Positions 13,143 to 23,674 of a stretch of DNA of 53,915 bases are shown here, one piece after another; position 1 is the stretch's first letter, and each line of letters begins with the position of its first letter. The notes beneath the pieces were generated by a model. It saw only the letters and a list, made by a program, of their open reading frames with translations, did not search any database and was not told the DNA's origin. The stretch comes from a virus (taxonomy: Duplodnaviria > Caudoviricetes): positions 1 through 53,915 of the IMG/VR virus record IMGVR_UViG_3300035702_000343; one strand, given 5' to 3'. The translations under genes and the position numbers were made by a program.

Positions 13143-15781
13143 TAGTTTAATAGGGTTAGATTATCGTTTCCTAGAGCATCATTTGTTCTTAACTCTTTTA
13201 ATAAGGCATCTCTTACTTGTTTTCTGAACGCTAAGTTGACGTGAGCTCTTCTCGTTAAATTATAAGGTTTGAAAGCTTCTTTATCAAATTGAATGACAAA
13301 GTCAACAGTGCCAGAATCCTGGGTAGCGGATCCTAATTCTTTCCTGAGATCTTCTAATTCTTTAGAAAGCTCCTCAAACTTTTCCTGCGCCTCGATGAGC
13401 GCATTATAGGCATTTTCTCTTAAAGCTAGCTCATTTGGTTTCCCTAATGATAGTAATGTGTTAGTATATTTTCTATCATCAAAAAGGGCCTCAGCTTCAA
13501 GTATAGACTGTTTATAAGAATTTACTTCTTGTTGAAGCTTTACCTCCCGCCGTCTCATCTCTTCTTGGTCTCCGTTATCAATTATTTTCTGCGTAGTTCT
13601 GCCTTGCGCCTCCAATATTGAATCTCTTATTTTAAGACCCGCCTCAGTCCCTCTAAAAATAGAAATAGCATCTTTATAGTTTGATTTATTATCTATGTCG
13701 GATGCAGTGTCTATACCAATTGATGCAAAATAGTCTGCCTTACTTATTATAGATCTTGAAGTCTGGGAATTTATAAAGTCTTTTAGTGCGCTGCCTTCTT
13801 TAGGTATTTCATTATAAATACCTATGTACTTATAAATTGCCTCGTAAATATCCCGAGTATAGGCTCCACTATTTCTTAAATTGTTACCGGTTTCAGGAGA
13901 TAAGTCTGTGGCTATCCTGTTTTGTATATCACCACTGTCGTCACGTAAAATGTCTAAAATACTGTCATATGTGTCTACAAATTGTTCCTGCTTCTCCATC
14001 TTTTCCAGAGCATCAACGCCCTTAGAGAAAGCTTGCTCGTCTTCTGCGTATTGTTTAAAAATACTACCCTTCGAAGATAGCGTCCCTCTGCGTAAATATG
14101 GGTACAAGGTCTTGCCAATCTCTCTAAAGTCATATACGCTTTGGTCAAAAAGATATGAGTTTATGTCAGTATAAGGATCCAAAGTGAAGTCGTTGATAGC
14201 GTCTTCAAAATCTTCTTCTGTAATATCTTTTAGATCGTGCACTGTTCTTACTGCCCTCATTGTTATGGATGTCGAGGCGTAGCCTTGTGAAGAGACTGAG
14301 AGCGTTTTTGCTGCTATAACCCCTGTAAAGGATGGGCCCTTGTCCGGTTCAATGTAAGCTCCGGGTAACCCTACCATTGAGTAAGGAGTATATACTGCGC
14401 TTATAGACATATTTCTGGTGGCCATTCTAGCCTGTTGGTGAGCATTTAAAGTAAGTTCATTTAAAGGTTTTTTTATCTTGGATTGGTATTCCTCTTTTTG
14501 TGCCTCCTCTAAAGATTTAGTCTCTCCTATAATATCTTGTTTTTCCGTTTCTACAAAAAAGGAAGTTTGATTAACTACATTAGGTGTTATTCCACGGTAT
14601 GTTTCCTCTGAAGTTAATCCAATAGTGTTTTGGTCTATACCGTCCTGTGTAATATTTAGTTTAGGCTGTACAGCAAACGGTTTAAACCCTTTTGTAGAGC
14701 CAATGATACCACTTTGCATAACGCTGTGTACCTCACTGATGGTTCTTGTAGGCTCCGATAAAAAATTTCTTGAAAAGTTTATTTTACTAACTTGTTGTGG
14801 AAAAAGTAAATTACATTTTATAGGAGGAGAGTTTTCCATGTTAGGTAAAAAATATCCTCTTATGGGCGCTGATCTTTCTACATTCCCAGATTGAAATTGA
14901 AGAGATCCTGTATAAGTAGAAGGAGCTACTAAAGTATAGTGAAACACATTTAAGAACTCTACCACGGCCTCCATGAGTTTAATTGTCCCACCGTTTTTAA
15001 GAGAGAACTTAGATTCGGAAAGAGTGAAAAAATTCTCTATCAAAGCTTTTCTTTTAAAGGCTTCAATTTTTCCTATGTTGGGGGATGTAAAAATAGATTC
15101 TCTTATATTGAAGGAGTTCGAAACAAGTCCATAAAACATATCATACTCTTCAAACTTTTTAAGGAAGAAATCTATAAAAAGTTCTAGATCTCCTCCGCTT
15201 ATTTTATCATCACCTATTAATTTACTAATTTCATCTACTAACCCACTAAAAACTGTAAGCTTTGGCTCTCCCAGAGAATCATACTTCTCAATAGGATCTT
15301 CCTCTTCTCCTGCTTTTGTCTTATCTTGAAAATTAGAGTTGGTTTCCGGGGTGTCATTTTCTAGCTCCTTTTCTGTACTATTATAGTACTCGTATAAATA
15401 GTCACCCAGAGCATCTCCCCACTCCGCTGTCACCATAGAATCTTTTGGTCGCGCAGTCACTGATTGCCACTGAGATAATAAGGACGTAGCTTCAAATGAT
15501 ACCGCCCTCGAGGATCCTGTCTTACTATAGTTTATTTGTCTTATTTCTCCCTCGAATAATAAAATTTTATTAGCTGTGTTCTCTGGCTCGGGCCCAAATA
15601 TCTGAACTATGGTACCACCTAATACTCTTAAGCTACCGCTGTTGGCGGGGAATTGTACAGTCGCAGAGGGGAAGTCTCCCTCAATCTCCCTAATATTAAA
15701 TGAGGAAAAGGGAACTTGTATTCCCTCTAAGTAAACTTCAAATCCTGTATATTCTTGAAACGTTGTTTGTGTGTCTGACAT
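13142..15781 (-). CDS. Putative baseplate hub protein, 879 aa
   Basis: Long ORF immediately after the tape measure gene; N-terminal FEVYLEGIQVPF beta domain. Confidence 0.55.
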   Translation of the reverse strand: MSDTQTTFQEYTGFEVYLEGIQVPFSSFNIREIEGDFPSATVQFPANSGSLRVLGGTIVQIFGPEPENTANKILLFEGEIRQINYSKTGSSRAVSFEATSLLSQWQSVTARPKDSMVTAEWGDALGDYLYEYYNSTEKELENDTPETNSNFQDKTKAGEEEDPIEKYDSLGEPKLTVFSGLVDEISKLIGDDKISGGDLELFIDFFLKKFEEYDMFYGLVSNSFNIRESIFTSPNIGKIEAFKRKALIENFFTLSESKFSLKNGGTIKLMEAVVEFLNVFHYTLVAPSTYTGSLQFQSGNVERSAPIRGYFLPNMENSPPIKCNLLFPQQVSKINFSRNFLSEPTRTISEVHSVMQSGIIGSTKGFKPFAVQPKLNITQDGIDQNTIGLTSEETYRGITPNVVNQTSFFVETEKQDIIGETKSLEEAQKEEYQSKIKKPLNELTLNAHQQARMATRNMSISAVYTPYSMVGLPGAYIEPDKGPSFTGVIAAKTLSVSSQGYASTSITMRAVRTVHDLKDITEEDFEDAINDFTLDPYTDINSYLFDQSVYDFREIGKTLYPYLRRGTLSSKGSIFKQYAEDEQAFSKGVDALEKMEKQEQFVDTYDSILDILRDDSGDIQNRIATDLSPETGNNLRNSGAYTRDIYEAIYKYIGIYNEIPKEGSALKDFINSQTSRSIISKADYFASIGIDTASDIDNKSNYKDAISIFRGTEAGLKIRDSILEAQGRTTQKIIDNGDQEEMRRREVKLQQEVNSYKQSILEAEALFDDRKYTNTLLSLGKPNELALRENAYNALIEAQEKFEELSKELEDLRKELGSATQDSGTVDFVIQFDKEAFKPYNLTRRAHVNLAFRKQVRDALLKELRTNDALGNDNLTLLN

Positions 15782-15789
15782 TTATTTTA

Positions 15790-18700
15790 TTATCTTGCTG
15801 GGTTTTTTTCTGCATCTACTACTCTGATTGCATTTCCGCCATTTATTGTTGCGAAGGCGCTATCTAACCTATCCATTACACTTTCTACGCCCCTTTGTTG
15901 CATACTAAAAAATTTCTGAAGATGTTCTGAGGCACCCTCCCATTTCAGGTTTGACATAATATGAGATCCTTGAACCTTACCAACACTTTCGCTTACAGCT
16001 TCCATTAATTCTCCGATTTCCATAGATCCTTTAATTCTGCCCTCTAACTTGTTTCTGTCTAAACCGGCGGCCTCTAATTGATTTAGGACGTCGGACGGAT
16101 TACCTAAGACTCCCTCTATAGTTAAATCTTCACCTGAACCTATTTTTGCTAGCTGTGATAATTTTTTATAAGCAAAGCTTTCTAATCCTACATCGGTGGG
16201 GACTGCAAATCCTAACTGGTTGGCAAGTTCTCTTGATTGTTGCGTAATGTTTGCCTCTAATTGGTATGCACCACCTGCTCCATATAACGCTGCTGCGGAC
16301 GCAACGCGGTCTCCGTGATGTCTGGATATAAACCTGGCGATATCTCTATCTTGTGCGTTACTTAGTTGCGAAACATCTATTGCTCCTGATCTCGTTATTT
16401 GCTCGGTTAACACTCTCTGTCCCTGTTCAGTTAGACTACCAATTCTACTTTGGGCAGCCCCTTCAAGCAATAATCCGCTAACGTTTCCTAAAGCAGTTTC
16501 CTGTAAATCTGCTCCATGACTAGTCATGCGTTCCGCGGTCATACCTGATTCAGCTAATGACCTCCCCCTAGAGATGACTTCAAGCTCCCTTTGGTCCATC
16601 CCCATTACACCATCTTTAGCCATCTGGTTGAGTACAGCACTTTGTATGCTAGAATCTACGTTCTCAAAAGCTCCTCCAACCATTTGGCTTACTTCCGTAT
16701 CTATTAGAGTTTCAATTTGATCTCTAGGGACTCCTTTAGCACTTAACTCTTCCCGTCTTTTTTGATAATGCATAGTTAGTGCAAAATCATCTCTGGTGCT
16801 TTGCACTGATCCGCCAGAAAATGTATCTGATCCTAATCTCTCTGCTAGAAGTGCATCTCCTTTTGTGATTGCACTTTTGTCAAAACCTCTAGCGAATTCA
16901 AACTTATTTCTGAAGGTATTAAAATCACCCTCCCCATAAGTTCCGCTCTGTCTTAATTGATCAAAAACAGTTTTGGCTTCTATTTTTGCAGAATCTCCAA
17001 AATCAAATCCCGTCCCCATAGCTTCGAAACCTTTTGAGCCTCTTATTCTTTCTAGAGCTGCTCTTACTGTTGCTGGTTGTCTATCTATGCCCATTCGTAG
17101 GGTGTCGTTTTTTCTATCCATACGTCTTTCAAAATAGTCTGACGTACCATCTATAATATTCTCATATAAGTCTTCTGAAGCATCTACCCTCAGAAAATTA
17201 GCGGCACCTGCCCTCATTCTTCCGAACCAGGACACATCCTCGCTAGCCGCCATAGTGTCACTAATTTCTCTTGTGATCATTCCTATTTCTTGGCTCACAG
17301 CGTCATTTGCGCTCACGTCTTGTGCCATCGATATAAAACTTTGTGCTTGATTAGCGCTTACTCCATACATATTCATCATTGCGCTTGTTAAAACTTCTCT
17401 ATTAACTGTCCCGTCTCCGTTAGCTAGGTTTGTTTGTTTTACAAGCTCCATTGCATTCATAAATGGCATCGATTGTTGCATCTGCTCTGGCAATGAAGCC
17501 ACTAGCTGTGCTTGTTGAGCCGGTAGACTTATCATTCTTCTAGGGTCCCCGGAAAAATAATTTGAAGAAGCTCCTAACATATCTTGCATACTATCTCCTG
17601 GAATAGAGCCTCCTAAAAGCCCAGAGGTATATAGCATTCCTTGGCCACTCATCATAATTCTATTTGTGGCTTCCATATTAGAAAGAGCAAAAGACTGTGT
17701 TCCTCCCGCCTCGTGTATTAATTGTCTAGTCACGGGGTCAGCCATTTTTAAACGCTCGGCCTGCATTAAACTCTCTCTTGCCATATCAAAGGCGACATTA
17801 GACCCTACCCCTGTGCCTCTCATCATCTCTACACCCTGCATACCGAACTTGCTTACACCTACTGCTCCCAAACCTGTAACTTCTCCTTCGTAAGCTAGCT
17901 GGGTTCCTACGGTATCCATCTCTCGGGTAGTTGCTACCATTTCCTGCTGTAGTTGGGCCATTATTTGGGCAGCTTCACGTTGAGTAGATCCTATTTTATT
18001 TGCAAAATCTCTAGTGTTCTCAATCACTCCCTGCAATACCTGATCCATTTCCTCATAATTAGATACTCCAGAAAATCCACCTGCTTGTGCAAAATCAGCT
18101 ACGTTAGATTCTAAATACTCCATACTATACCCCTCGGAAAATCCTTCTGCGGAGTATGCTTTATCTTGTAGCCTGCCCGCCATACTTCTGGCGTCGTCTA
18201 TAGATAACTTCCCAAAACTATCACTAGCTATTCCCTTAAAAGCTCTGGCTAAAGATTCTCGTTCCTTTGCCTGTCTTGCCGTTACTGCAAATCCGAGGTC
18301 AGCAAAAGCCCCCACTGTACTACCTATAACAGCTCCCCCGAATCCGCCTACTATTGCTCCGCCTACTGCTCCGGCCGCCATGAATCCGTTACTTGTTATA
18401 AAGTCTGAAGTCATATCCGACATATTAAGAGCTGCTTGGTCTCTATAGTCACTCATAAAAGCTCCAGCAGTGTTAGGGTCGTACCCTCTGTAGAAAGGAT
18501 TATATAGAGCGCTAGCTGATTGGAAAAAACCTTCTGGCCCTGTCGACATTGAGGGAGGCATAGATGATATACTTGGATCAATAGGTTGTGATATCAAACC
18601 TATTTTTCGCATATCCTGGTTAAATTTATTATAGCCTAATCTTAGATATTCTGCGCTACTATCTAAGAAAGAGGTGCCCCCAGACATCTGATCAACAGCA

Positions 18701-18918
18701 CTCCCTACGGGTGGTTGAGCAGGCATTTGAACACCTGGCATTCCGTTGAGTGCGGCTAAAGCCTGTCCAGAAATTACATCAGAGGCTTGTGGGATTCCGT
18801 CTTGGGAGTAAGCCAGAGATCCCATAGTTAAGTCAATTTGTTGCCTTATACGCTCTAATTGTTGCGAAAGGTCTTCTTCGTTTAGTCTAACGTTGTACTT
18901 AACTTCTTGTTCTGCCAT
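15790..18918 (-). CDS. Tape measure protein, 1042 aa
   Basis: Long Ala/Gly/Met/Gln-rich helical protein with glycine-zipper segment, directly after the chaperone pair. Confidence 0.75.
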   Translation of the reverse strand: MAEQEVKYNVRLNEEDLSQQLERIRQQIDLTMGSLAYSQDGIPQASDVISGQALAALNGMPGVQMPAQPPVGSAVDQMSGGTSFLDSSAEYLRLGYNKFNQDMRKIGLISQPIDPSISSMPPSMSTGPEGFFQSASALYNPFYRGYDPNTAGAFMSDYRDQAALNMSDMTSDFITSNGFMAAGAVGGAIVGGFGGAVIGSTVGAFADLGFAVTARQAKERESLARAFKGIASDSFGKLSIDDARSMAGRLQDKAYSAEGFSEGYSMEYLESNVADFAQAGGFSGVSNYEEMDQVLQGVIENTRDFANKIGSTQREAAQIMAQLQQEMVATTREMDTVGTQLAYEGEVTGLGAVGVSKFGMQGVEMMRGTGVGSNVAFDMARESLMQAERLKMADPVTRQLIHEAGGTQSFALSNMEATNRIMMSGQGMLYTSGLLGGSIPGDSMQDMLGASSNYFSGDPRRMISLPAQQAQLVASLPEQMQQSMPFMNAMELVKQTNLANGDGTVNREVLTSAMMNMYGVSANQAQSFISMAQDVSANDAVSQEIGMITREISDTMAASEDVSWFGRMRAGAANFLRVDASEDLYENIIDGTSDYFERRMDRKNDTLRMGIDRQPATVRAALERIRGSKGFEAMGTGFDFGDSAKIEAKTVFDQLRQSGTYGEGDFNTFRNKFEFARGFDKSAITKGDALLAERLGSDTFSGGSVQSTRDDFALTMHYQKRREELSAKGVPRDQIETLIDTEVSQMVGGAFENVDSSIQSAVLNQMAKDGVMGMDQRELEVISRGRSLAESGMTAERMTSHGADLQETALGNVSGLLLEGAAQSRIGSLTEQGQRVLTEQITRSGAIDVSQLSNAQDRDIARFISRHHGDRVASAAALYGAGGAYQLEANITQQSRELANQLGFAVPTDVGLESFAYKKLSQLAKIGSGEDLTIEGVLGNPSDVLNQLEAAGLDRNKLEGRIKGSMEIGELMEAVSESVGKVQGSHIMSNLKWEGASEHLQKFFSMQQRGVESVMDRLDSAFATINGGNAIRVVDAEKNPAR

Positions 18919-19225
18919 TTCTGTATTTTAATAAGTCGTTTTTTAATTTAGGACCGGCTCCTACCTCTGCATCAGAATCACCGGCTTTCATTTTGATCTC
19001 TCTAGGTTTACCGTCAGGTCCTCTAAAGAGTTGCGTGTATATTTTCTCCATGTCTGCCTTAGTCTTTGCTTTTTCCTTTTCTCTTCCTGGGTATTCGAGA
19101 TCCATAAGCTTCTCTACTAAGTTATTATAAGCTTCTACTTTTTCCTGGTTAGTGGTATCTAGGGTAGAAGCTTTTGCTACTATAAACGTTCGGAGCATTT
19201 CTTTTTCTTGCTCCTGTTGCATCAT
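18899..19225 (-). CDS. Tail assembly chaperone, C-terminal (T) portion; probably made as a G-T fusion by -1 frameshift
   Basis: Frame is open upstream to the slippery heptamer at 19312-19318 in the previous gene. Confidence 0.7.
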   Translation of the reverse strand: MMQQEQEKEMLRTFIVAKASTLDTTNQEKVEAYNNLVEKLMDLEYPGREKEKAKTKADMEKIYTQLFRGPDGKPREIKMKAGDSDAEVGAGPKLKNDLLKYRNGRTRS

Positions 19226-19245
19226 CTGTAAAAGTACTCTTTCTC

Positions 19246-19689
19246 TTACTGAGCCTTTTCTTCCGACGTCGATGCCTTTTGCGAGGGCTCGGGCGCGTCG
19301 GCCGGCTCGTCCCCCTTTGAAAAAACATCATCAATATTCTCTACTTCACAGGCTTCTTTAATAGCCTTTTCTAATTTCTGTTGCTCCTTTACTGCCTTGT
19401 CTAGCAGTGCAACACTTTTACCTTGTAAAAAGCCTTCCCATTCATCCCAACTATCGAACTTCTTACCATTCCAATTAATAAGAGTTTTACTTAATAGTGA
19501 GTAGGCATACCTCTGAACGAATTGCCTATCGGTTGCTTTATTTTCTCTGAGTTTTTTTAAATCCCCTTCTAAGTGATACTGTGATGTGTAATCAAGATTC
19601 TTTACTGTTATTTTATATTTACCTAGTTCGAACGTATGTTTGGTTGTATCGCTCTCAAAAAGATCCTCTAAGATTTTTGCTTTATCCAT
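19246..19689 (-). CDS. Tail assembly chaperone (G-like)
   Basis: Small ORF upstream of the tape measure gene carrying a slippery site near its 3' end. Confidence 0.7.
   Translation of the reverse strand: MDKAKILEDLFESDTTKHTFELGKYKITVKNLDYTSQYHLEGDLKKLRENKATDRQFVQRYAYSLLSKTLINWNGKKFDSWDEWEGFLQGKSVALLDKAVKEQQKLEKAIKEACEVENIDDVFSKGDEPADAPEPSQKASTSEEKAQ
19270..19318 (-). other. Programmed -1 frameshift signal A_AAG_GGG plus GC-rich downstream sequence
   Basis: X_XXY_YYZ heptamer in the correct frame; -1 frame is continuous with 18899..19225; unusually GC-rich tract follows. Confidence 0.7.
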
Positions 19690-19726
19690 TATTTTTAGTT
19701 AAGTTGTTTGTTTAAAATTACCCTTT

Positions 19727-19755
19727 AAGGTAACTCAAAATGCTTTCATAATCAA
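19727..19755 (-). promoter_or_regulatory. Host-type promoter TTGATT-N17-TACCTT for the chaperone/TMP/baseplate operon
   Basis: Matches the TTGnnn-N17-TAnnTT pattern seen at several operon starts. Confidence 0.55.
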
Positions 19756-19775
19756 GAGCAGACCAGTATTTTAAT

Positions 19776-19791
19776 TGGTATAAGAACAATG
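19776..19791 (+). promoter_or_regulatory. Conserved motif TGGTATAAGAACAATG (copy 1 of 5), putative phage-specific promoter
   Basis: GGTATAAGAAYNRTG recurs at 19776, 22615, 32254, 33441, 34963, always on the + strand at gene boundaries. Confidence 0.75.
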
Positions 19792-19821
19792 AGACACATA
19801 GACTCACCATTAATTTAAATT

Positions 19822-21198
19822 ATGATTAATATAGAGATAAAAAACACAGGAAAAATAAAGGGAATAAAGTCCCTACCAAGAGAGGTGGTAGAGAGTCTCA
19901 GAAATGAATTTACTATCACAAACCCAATGTTCTCAAAGAAAAAGGCATTGGATCTTAGTATATTTGGAACCCCACAATATTTGAATTACTATTCTTCTCC
20001 TGACCGGGACACTTTAGAGGTGCCTGTTGGAGGGGTTTCCAAAGCCATTGAAATTCTTTTAGCTTCTGGTGTGGGGCTTACAAAAGATGATATTATTGAC
20101 AACCGCACCACAGCTTACAATCCAGACTTTTTTGATAATGTTGAATTTCATGCTACTCTAAGAAGTTACCAACAAGACATGGAAGATGCTTGTATGAACA
20201 ATAATTCAGGCGTTATACAAGCAAAAACAGGTTCTGGGAAAACGGTGGTTTTCGTTTCTTACGTTGTAAAAAAGAAGCAAAACACTTTAATTTTAGTTAA
20301 TACAAAAGAGCTAGCTGCACAAACTGTGGAAGCTTTTGTTAAGTTTACTAACCTAGAAGAAGATGATATTGGATTCATAGGTTCTGGCCGGTATGAGCCT
20401 AAACCTATAACTGTTGGAATACTGCAATCTATTGTTCAGTTGAAAGGTAAAGAGCTTTCAGAAGTTCAGCAATACTATGGTCAGCTCATAACTGATGAGA
20501 CGCATATTATTGCCGCGGAGACTTATTATAATGCTGCTGCTCGACTACCATTTAAGCATAAATTTGGATTCAGTGCTACTCCTCAACGAGAGGACGGATT
20601 AACGCAGGTTATATTTTGGGCAACTGGTGATATTATCCATGTTGTTCCTGACAAAGCCCTAAAAGATTATTTAATTAAACCTACTTATAAAAAGATAAGA
20701 ACCAAATATTATTTCCCACTATTTGATACATCGGAATTTCAAGCGATGATAACTGACATTGGAAATAATGGTCCTAGAAATGAACTTATAAAAGATACAT
20801 TTTTAGAAATAGGGGACGACAGGCCTTCTGTATTCCTATGTGACAGGGTTGAACAGGTAGAACTATTACATGAGTTAATACCAAACTCTATTATGCTTAC
20901 CTCGGCCGTAAAAAAGAAGGATAGACCTAAAGCTATGGCCAAGTTAAGAAGCAAAGAAAAACTTCATGTTATTTCTACCTTCGGTTTATTTAGTACCGGG
21001 ATTGATGTCCCCCATTTGGAGGTGTTGTATTTATGCTCACCTAAAAAGTCATTTATAAAATTAAAGCAGGCTGCAGGTCGTTTGATGCGATTGGCAGACG
21101 GGAAGACTGAATCACTTATTGTTGACTTTGTTGATGAGGGGGTTTGGTTATTAGCTAATCAGTGGAAAACCAGACATAAAATTTTAACTAACTTATAA
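19822..21198 (+). CDS. Superfamily 2 DNA helicase (UvsW/ResIII-like)
   Basis: LRSYQ Q-motif, AKTGSGKT Walker A, DETH, SAT, TGIDVP, QAAGRLMR. Confidence 0.9.
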   Translation: MINIEIKNTGKIKGIKSLPREVVESLRNEFTITNPMFSKKKALDLSIFGTPQYLNYYSSPDRDTLEVPVGGVSKAIEILLASGVGLTKDDIIDNRTTAYNPDFFDNVEFHATLRSYQQDMEDACMNNNSGVIQAKTGSGKTVVFVSYVVKKKQNTLILVNTKELAAQTVEAFVKFTNLEEDDIGFIGSGRYEPKPITVGILQSIVQLKGKELSEVQQYYGQLITDETHIIAAETYYNAAARLPFKHKFGFSATPQREDGLTQVIFWATGDIIHVVPDKALKDYLIKPTYKKIRTKYYFPLFDTSEFQAMITDIGNNGPRNELIKDTFLEIGDDRPSVFLCDRVEQVELLHELIPNSIMLTSAVKKKDRPKAMAKLRSKEKLHVISTFGLFSTGIDVPHLEVLYLCSPKKSFIKLKQAAGRLMRLADGKTESLIVDFVDEGVWLLANQWKTRHKILTNL

Positions 21199-21200
21199 TC

Positions 21201-21575
21201 ATGTCAAAATACGACTTTTCGGAAATAGAGCCAGAGAAAAATGACTCAGAGCAAGAAGAAGACCCAAGAACAAATTTTAGAATTACAAAGTCCTGTTCTA
21301 ATTGTAGATACTTTTTTTACACTGGAGTGAAGAGCCGTCGGGGTTATTGTAAATTAACTAATATTAAGCACATGAATATAGGAGCATTCCACAGGACAGA
21401 CACAGACGCTATTGCTGAAGAGCATGGATGGCCTCCCACTCACTGCACAAATTTATGTGACAGACATGAGATAAGAGGACAAAAAAGCTTTGTAAGGTAT
21501 CCCGAAAAACATACAGGTAAGAAATTTAACATAGACGGGAGTTTAAGAGATGATATTATTGATATCGATGATTAG
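21201..21575 (+). CDS. Hypothetical Cys-rich (possible Zn-binding) protein
   Basis: CSNCRY...GYC...CTNLCDRH. Confidence 0.65.
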   Translation: MSKYDFSEIEPEKNDSEQEEDPRTNFRITKSCSNCRYFFYTGVKSRRGYCKLTNIKHMNIGAFHRTDTDAIAEEHGWPPTHCTNLCDRHEIRGQKSFVRYPEKHTGKKFNIDGSLRDDIIDIDD

Positions 21576-21915
21576 CATACTAATCCTCTGGAAAGAGGTT
21601 TTAGAGATAATAGACGAGCATAAAAAGAAATATTCAAAATTACTATCCCAGAAAAAATCTAGTGAGGTTGTTTTAGGCCAAATTTCAGAGCAACTTGCTC
21701 CCTTCCTAAACACCTTCCCAGTTGATGATCCACAGAATCTGGCATTTTTAGGAATGCCTTTAGATTATGTTTACTTTGGTAATGACAAGATAGTTTTTAT
21801 TGAAGTGAAGAGTGGGAAATCAAGACTAAGTACAAAACAAAGAAGATTACGGAATCTTATCCGTGATGGTAAGGTGGAATTTATTATTCACCAAATACCA
21901 AAAAAAGTAAAATAG
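21568..21915 (+). CDS. PD-(D/E)xK endonuclease related to archaeal Holliday junction resolvase (Endonuc_Holl-like); start uncertain
   Basis: GQISEQLAPF...FLGMPLDYVYF...FIEVKSGKSRLSTKQ. Confidence 0.8.
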   Translation: MISILILWKEVLEIIDEHKKKYSKLLSQKKSSEVVLGQISEQLAPFLNTFPVDDPQNLAFLGMPLDYVYFGNDKIVFIEVKSGKSRLSTKQRRLRNLIRDGKVEFIIHQIPKKVK

Positions 21916-21917
21916 GT

Positions 21918-21948
21918 TTTGACCTTAATTAAATTATTACTATCTTTG
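21918..21948 (+). promoter_or_regulatory. Host-type promoter TTTG-N19-TATCTTTG (Bacteroidota -33/-7 consensus)
   Basis: Exact TTTG and TAnnTTTG elements with 19-nt spacer upstream of the exonuclease. Confidence 0.65.
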
Positions 21949-21977
21949 TCTCGTTAATTTTAAACGAGAGAAAAAGA

Positions 21978-22622
21978 ATGAACACACTAACCTTCGATAT
22001 CGAGACAATTCCCACACCAGATGAGGAATTAAGTGATATCCAAAAAGAGGAGATACAAAGGAAAGTAGATACGTATCTCAAAAGAAACCCTTCGGCAGAT
22101 CCAATGGATGCGAAGGGCCTTATAATGGGGACTTCCCCATATTTTGGAAAGATAATTGTTATAGGCGTTCATAAAGTTACGTCACTGACCACAAAGTCCT
22201 TTGCCTTGACCGGTAATGAAAAAGACATTCTTGTTAATTTTTGGAAAGAGGTTGCCGGATTTTCTGGTGTATTTGTTTCCTACAACGGACTGTCTTTTGA
22301 CGTTCCCTTCATAGTAAAAAGAAGTATGAAGTATGGATTGTCGCCCAGTAACAAAAGATTTTTAAAGACATATAGATATAGTCAAGATACACATTTCGAT
22401 GCAAAGGATGTTATCAGTGATTACGATCGATACGCATCGCCAACCCTTCACTTAGCTTGTGATTTATTAGGCATCGACTCTCCAAAAGAGGGCGAGGTCA
22501 AAGCTGATCAAGTGGCTAAGGCATACGAAGAAGGCAAGTTACAACAGATTGCTGATTACTGCGTAAGAGACGTAGAAGCAACCTATAAAGTATACAAAAA
22601 ATTAAAAGGTATTTGGGTATAA
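21978..22622 (+). CDS. DnaQ-like 3'-5' exonuclease (PolB-exonuclease-like)
   Basis: FDIETIP, SYNGLSFDVPF, YCVRDV (ExoI/II/III motifs). Confidence 0.85.
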   Translation: MNTLTFDIETIPTPDEELSDIQKEEIQRKVDTYLKRNPSADPMDAKGLIMGTSPYFGKIIVIGVHKVTSLTTKSFALTGNEKDILVNFWKEVAGFSGVFVSYNGLSFDVPFIVKRSMKYGLSPSNKRFLKTYRYSQDTHFDAKDVISDYDRYASPTLHLACDLLGIDSPKEGEVKADQVAKAYEEGKLQQIADYCVRDVEATYKVYKKLKGIWV

Positions 22623-22630
22623 GAATAATG
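22615..22630 (+). promoter_or_regulatory. GGTATAAGAA motif copy 2 (overlaps exonuclease stop codon)
   Basis: GGGTATAAGAATAATG. Confidence 0.7.
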
Positions 22631-22680
22631 ATCCCGGACACCTTTATTTTAAATTAAGAAACAGAGAGAAAAAATAATTA

Positions 22681-23604
22681 ATGTCACTATTTCAAAAAGC
22701 AGAACCAGAAGCGCCTCGACTAAAAATGTACATCTACGGGGAGACGGGAACAGGTAAGACAGTTACCGCACTGAACTTTCCATCGCCGGCAGTTATTGAT
22801 GCCGAAGATGGTACTTTACATTATGGTAAAGAATTCGACTTTCACAAGATTAGAGCAAATGATCCAGCAGTTATTCACCAAGCTCTTGACGAGCTTTTGC
22901 AAGACCCTGGAGATTTTAAAACTCTAGTCATTGATCCTATGAGTGTTGTTTATGATCAAATCATTCGCATCAAAGAGGATCGTATGAAAGCCAGAACTGG
23001 TAACATGAACTACGAGCTACAGCCTCTTGATTACAAGAGTGTTAAAACAGAAGTAAAAATTCTTATGAATAAACTACTGGCTCTAGACATGAATGTTATC
23101 GTTACAGCCAGAAGTAAACCTCTGTACGCAGAGGGAGAGTTCATGAAGAAAATTGGACAACAGCCTGATGGACACAAAAACATGCCTTACATGTTTGACG
23201 TTGTTCTTGAGCTTTACATCGCAGAAGATGGAGAGACTCGTATGGCCAAGGTAACAAAAGATCGGACCAATACACTTCCTCATGAGTTTATATTTTCTTA
23301 TGACTCATTCGTAGAATACATGGGACTTGATGTCCTTGAACGAGACGCTGATGCAGCTAAACAAAAGGAATCTATTAATACAACCAATAAGCGTACCAAG
23401 CAAATCGAATATAATAACGAGCAGATTTTTACAGCCGGTATAACCGCTGATACTCTGTCAGAGCTTGAAAAGCTATTGGAAGACGTAGACCCTAAACAGT
23501 TAAAAGAGATTTTGATGGAGCAGTTTGAAGTCGATAATCTACTAGATTTGACAAAGAAGAATTCTGAGTCATTTTTAGACGCTGTGAAAAACGAGCTGAC
23601 GTAA
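22681..23604 (+). CDS. AAA_24/Sak4-like ATPase (recombination/annealing protein)
   Basis: IYGETGTGKT Walker A, IDAEDG, TLVIDP, YMFDVV, KDRT; followed by an SSB-like gene. Confidence 0.8.
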   Translation: MSLFQKAEPEAPRLKMYIYGETGTGKTVTALNFPSPAVIDAEDGTLHYGKEFDFHKIRANDPAVIHQALDELLQDPGDFKTLVIDPMSVVYDQIIRIKEDRMKARTGNMNYELQPLDYKSVKTEVKILMNKLLALDMNVIVTARSKPLYAEGEFMKKIGQQPDGHKNMPYMFDVVLELYIAEDGETRMAKVTKDRTNTLPHEFIFSYDSFVEYMGLDVLERDADAAKQKESINTTNKRTKQIEYNNEQIFTAGITADTLSELEKLLEDVDPKQLKEILMEQFEVDNLLDLTKKNSESFLDAVKNELT

Positions 23605-23674
23605 AGCAAGACAACTAGTGACAACCGACAACTGAAAACGTAATTAAAACCATAAAAAACAAATTTACGTTTAG

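Noticed and set aside
19149-19334. Arg/Lys-rich 61-aa minus-strand ORF
   Set aside because: Third-frame shadow of the GC-rich frameshift region
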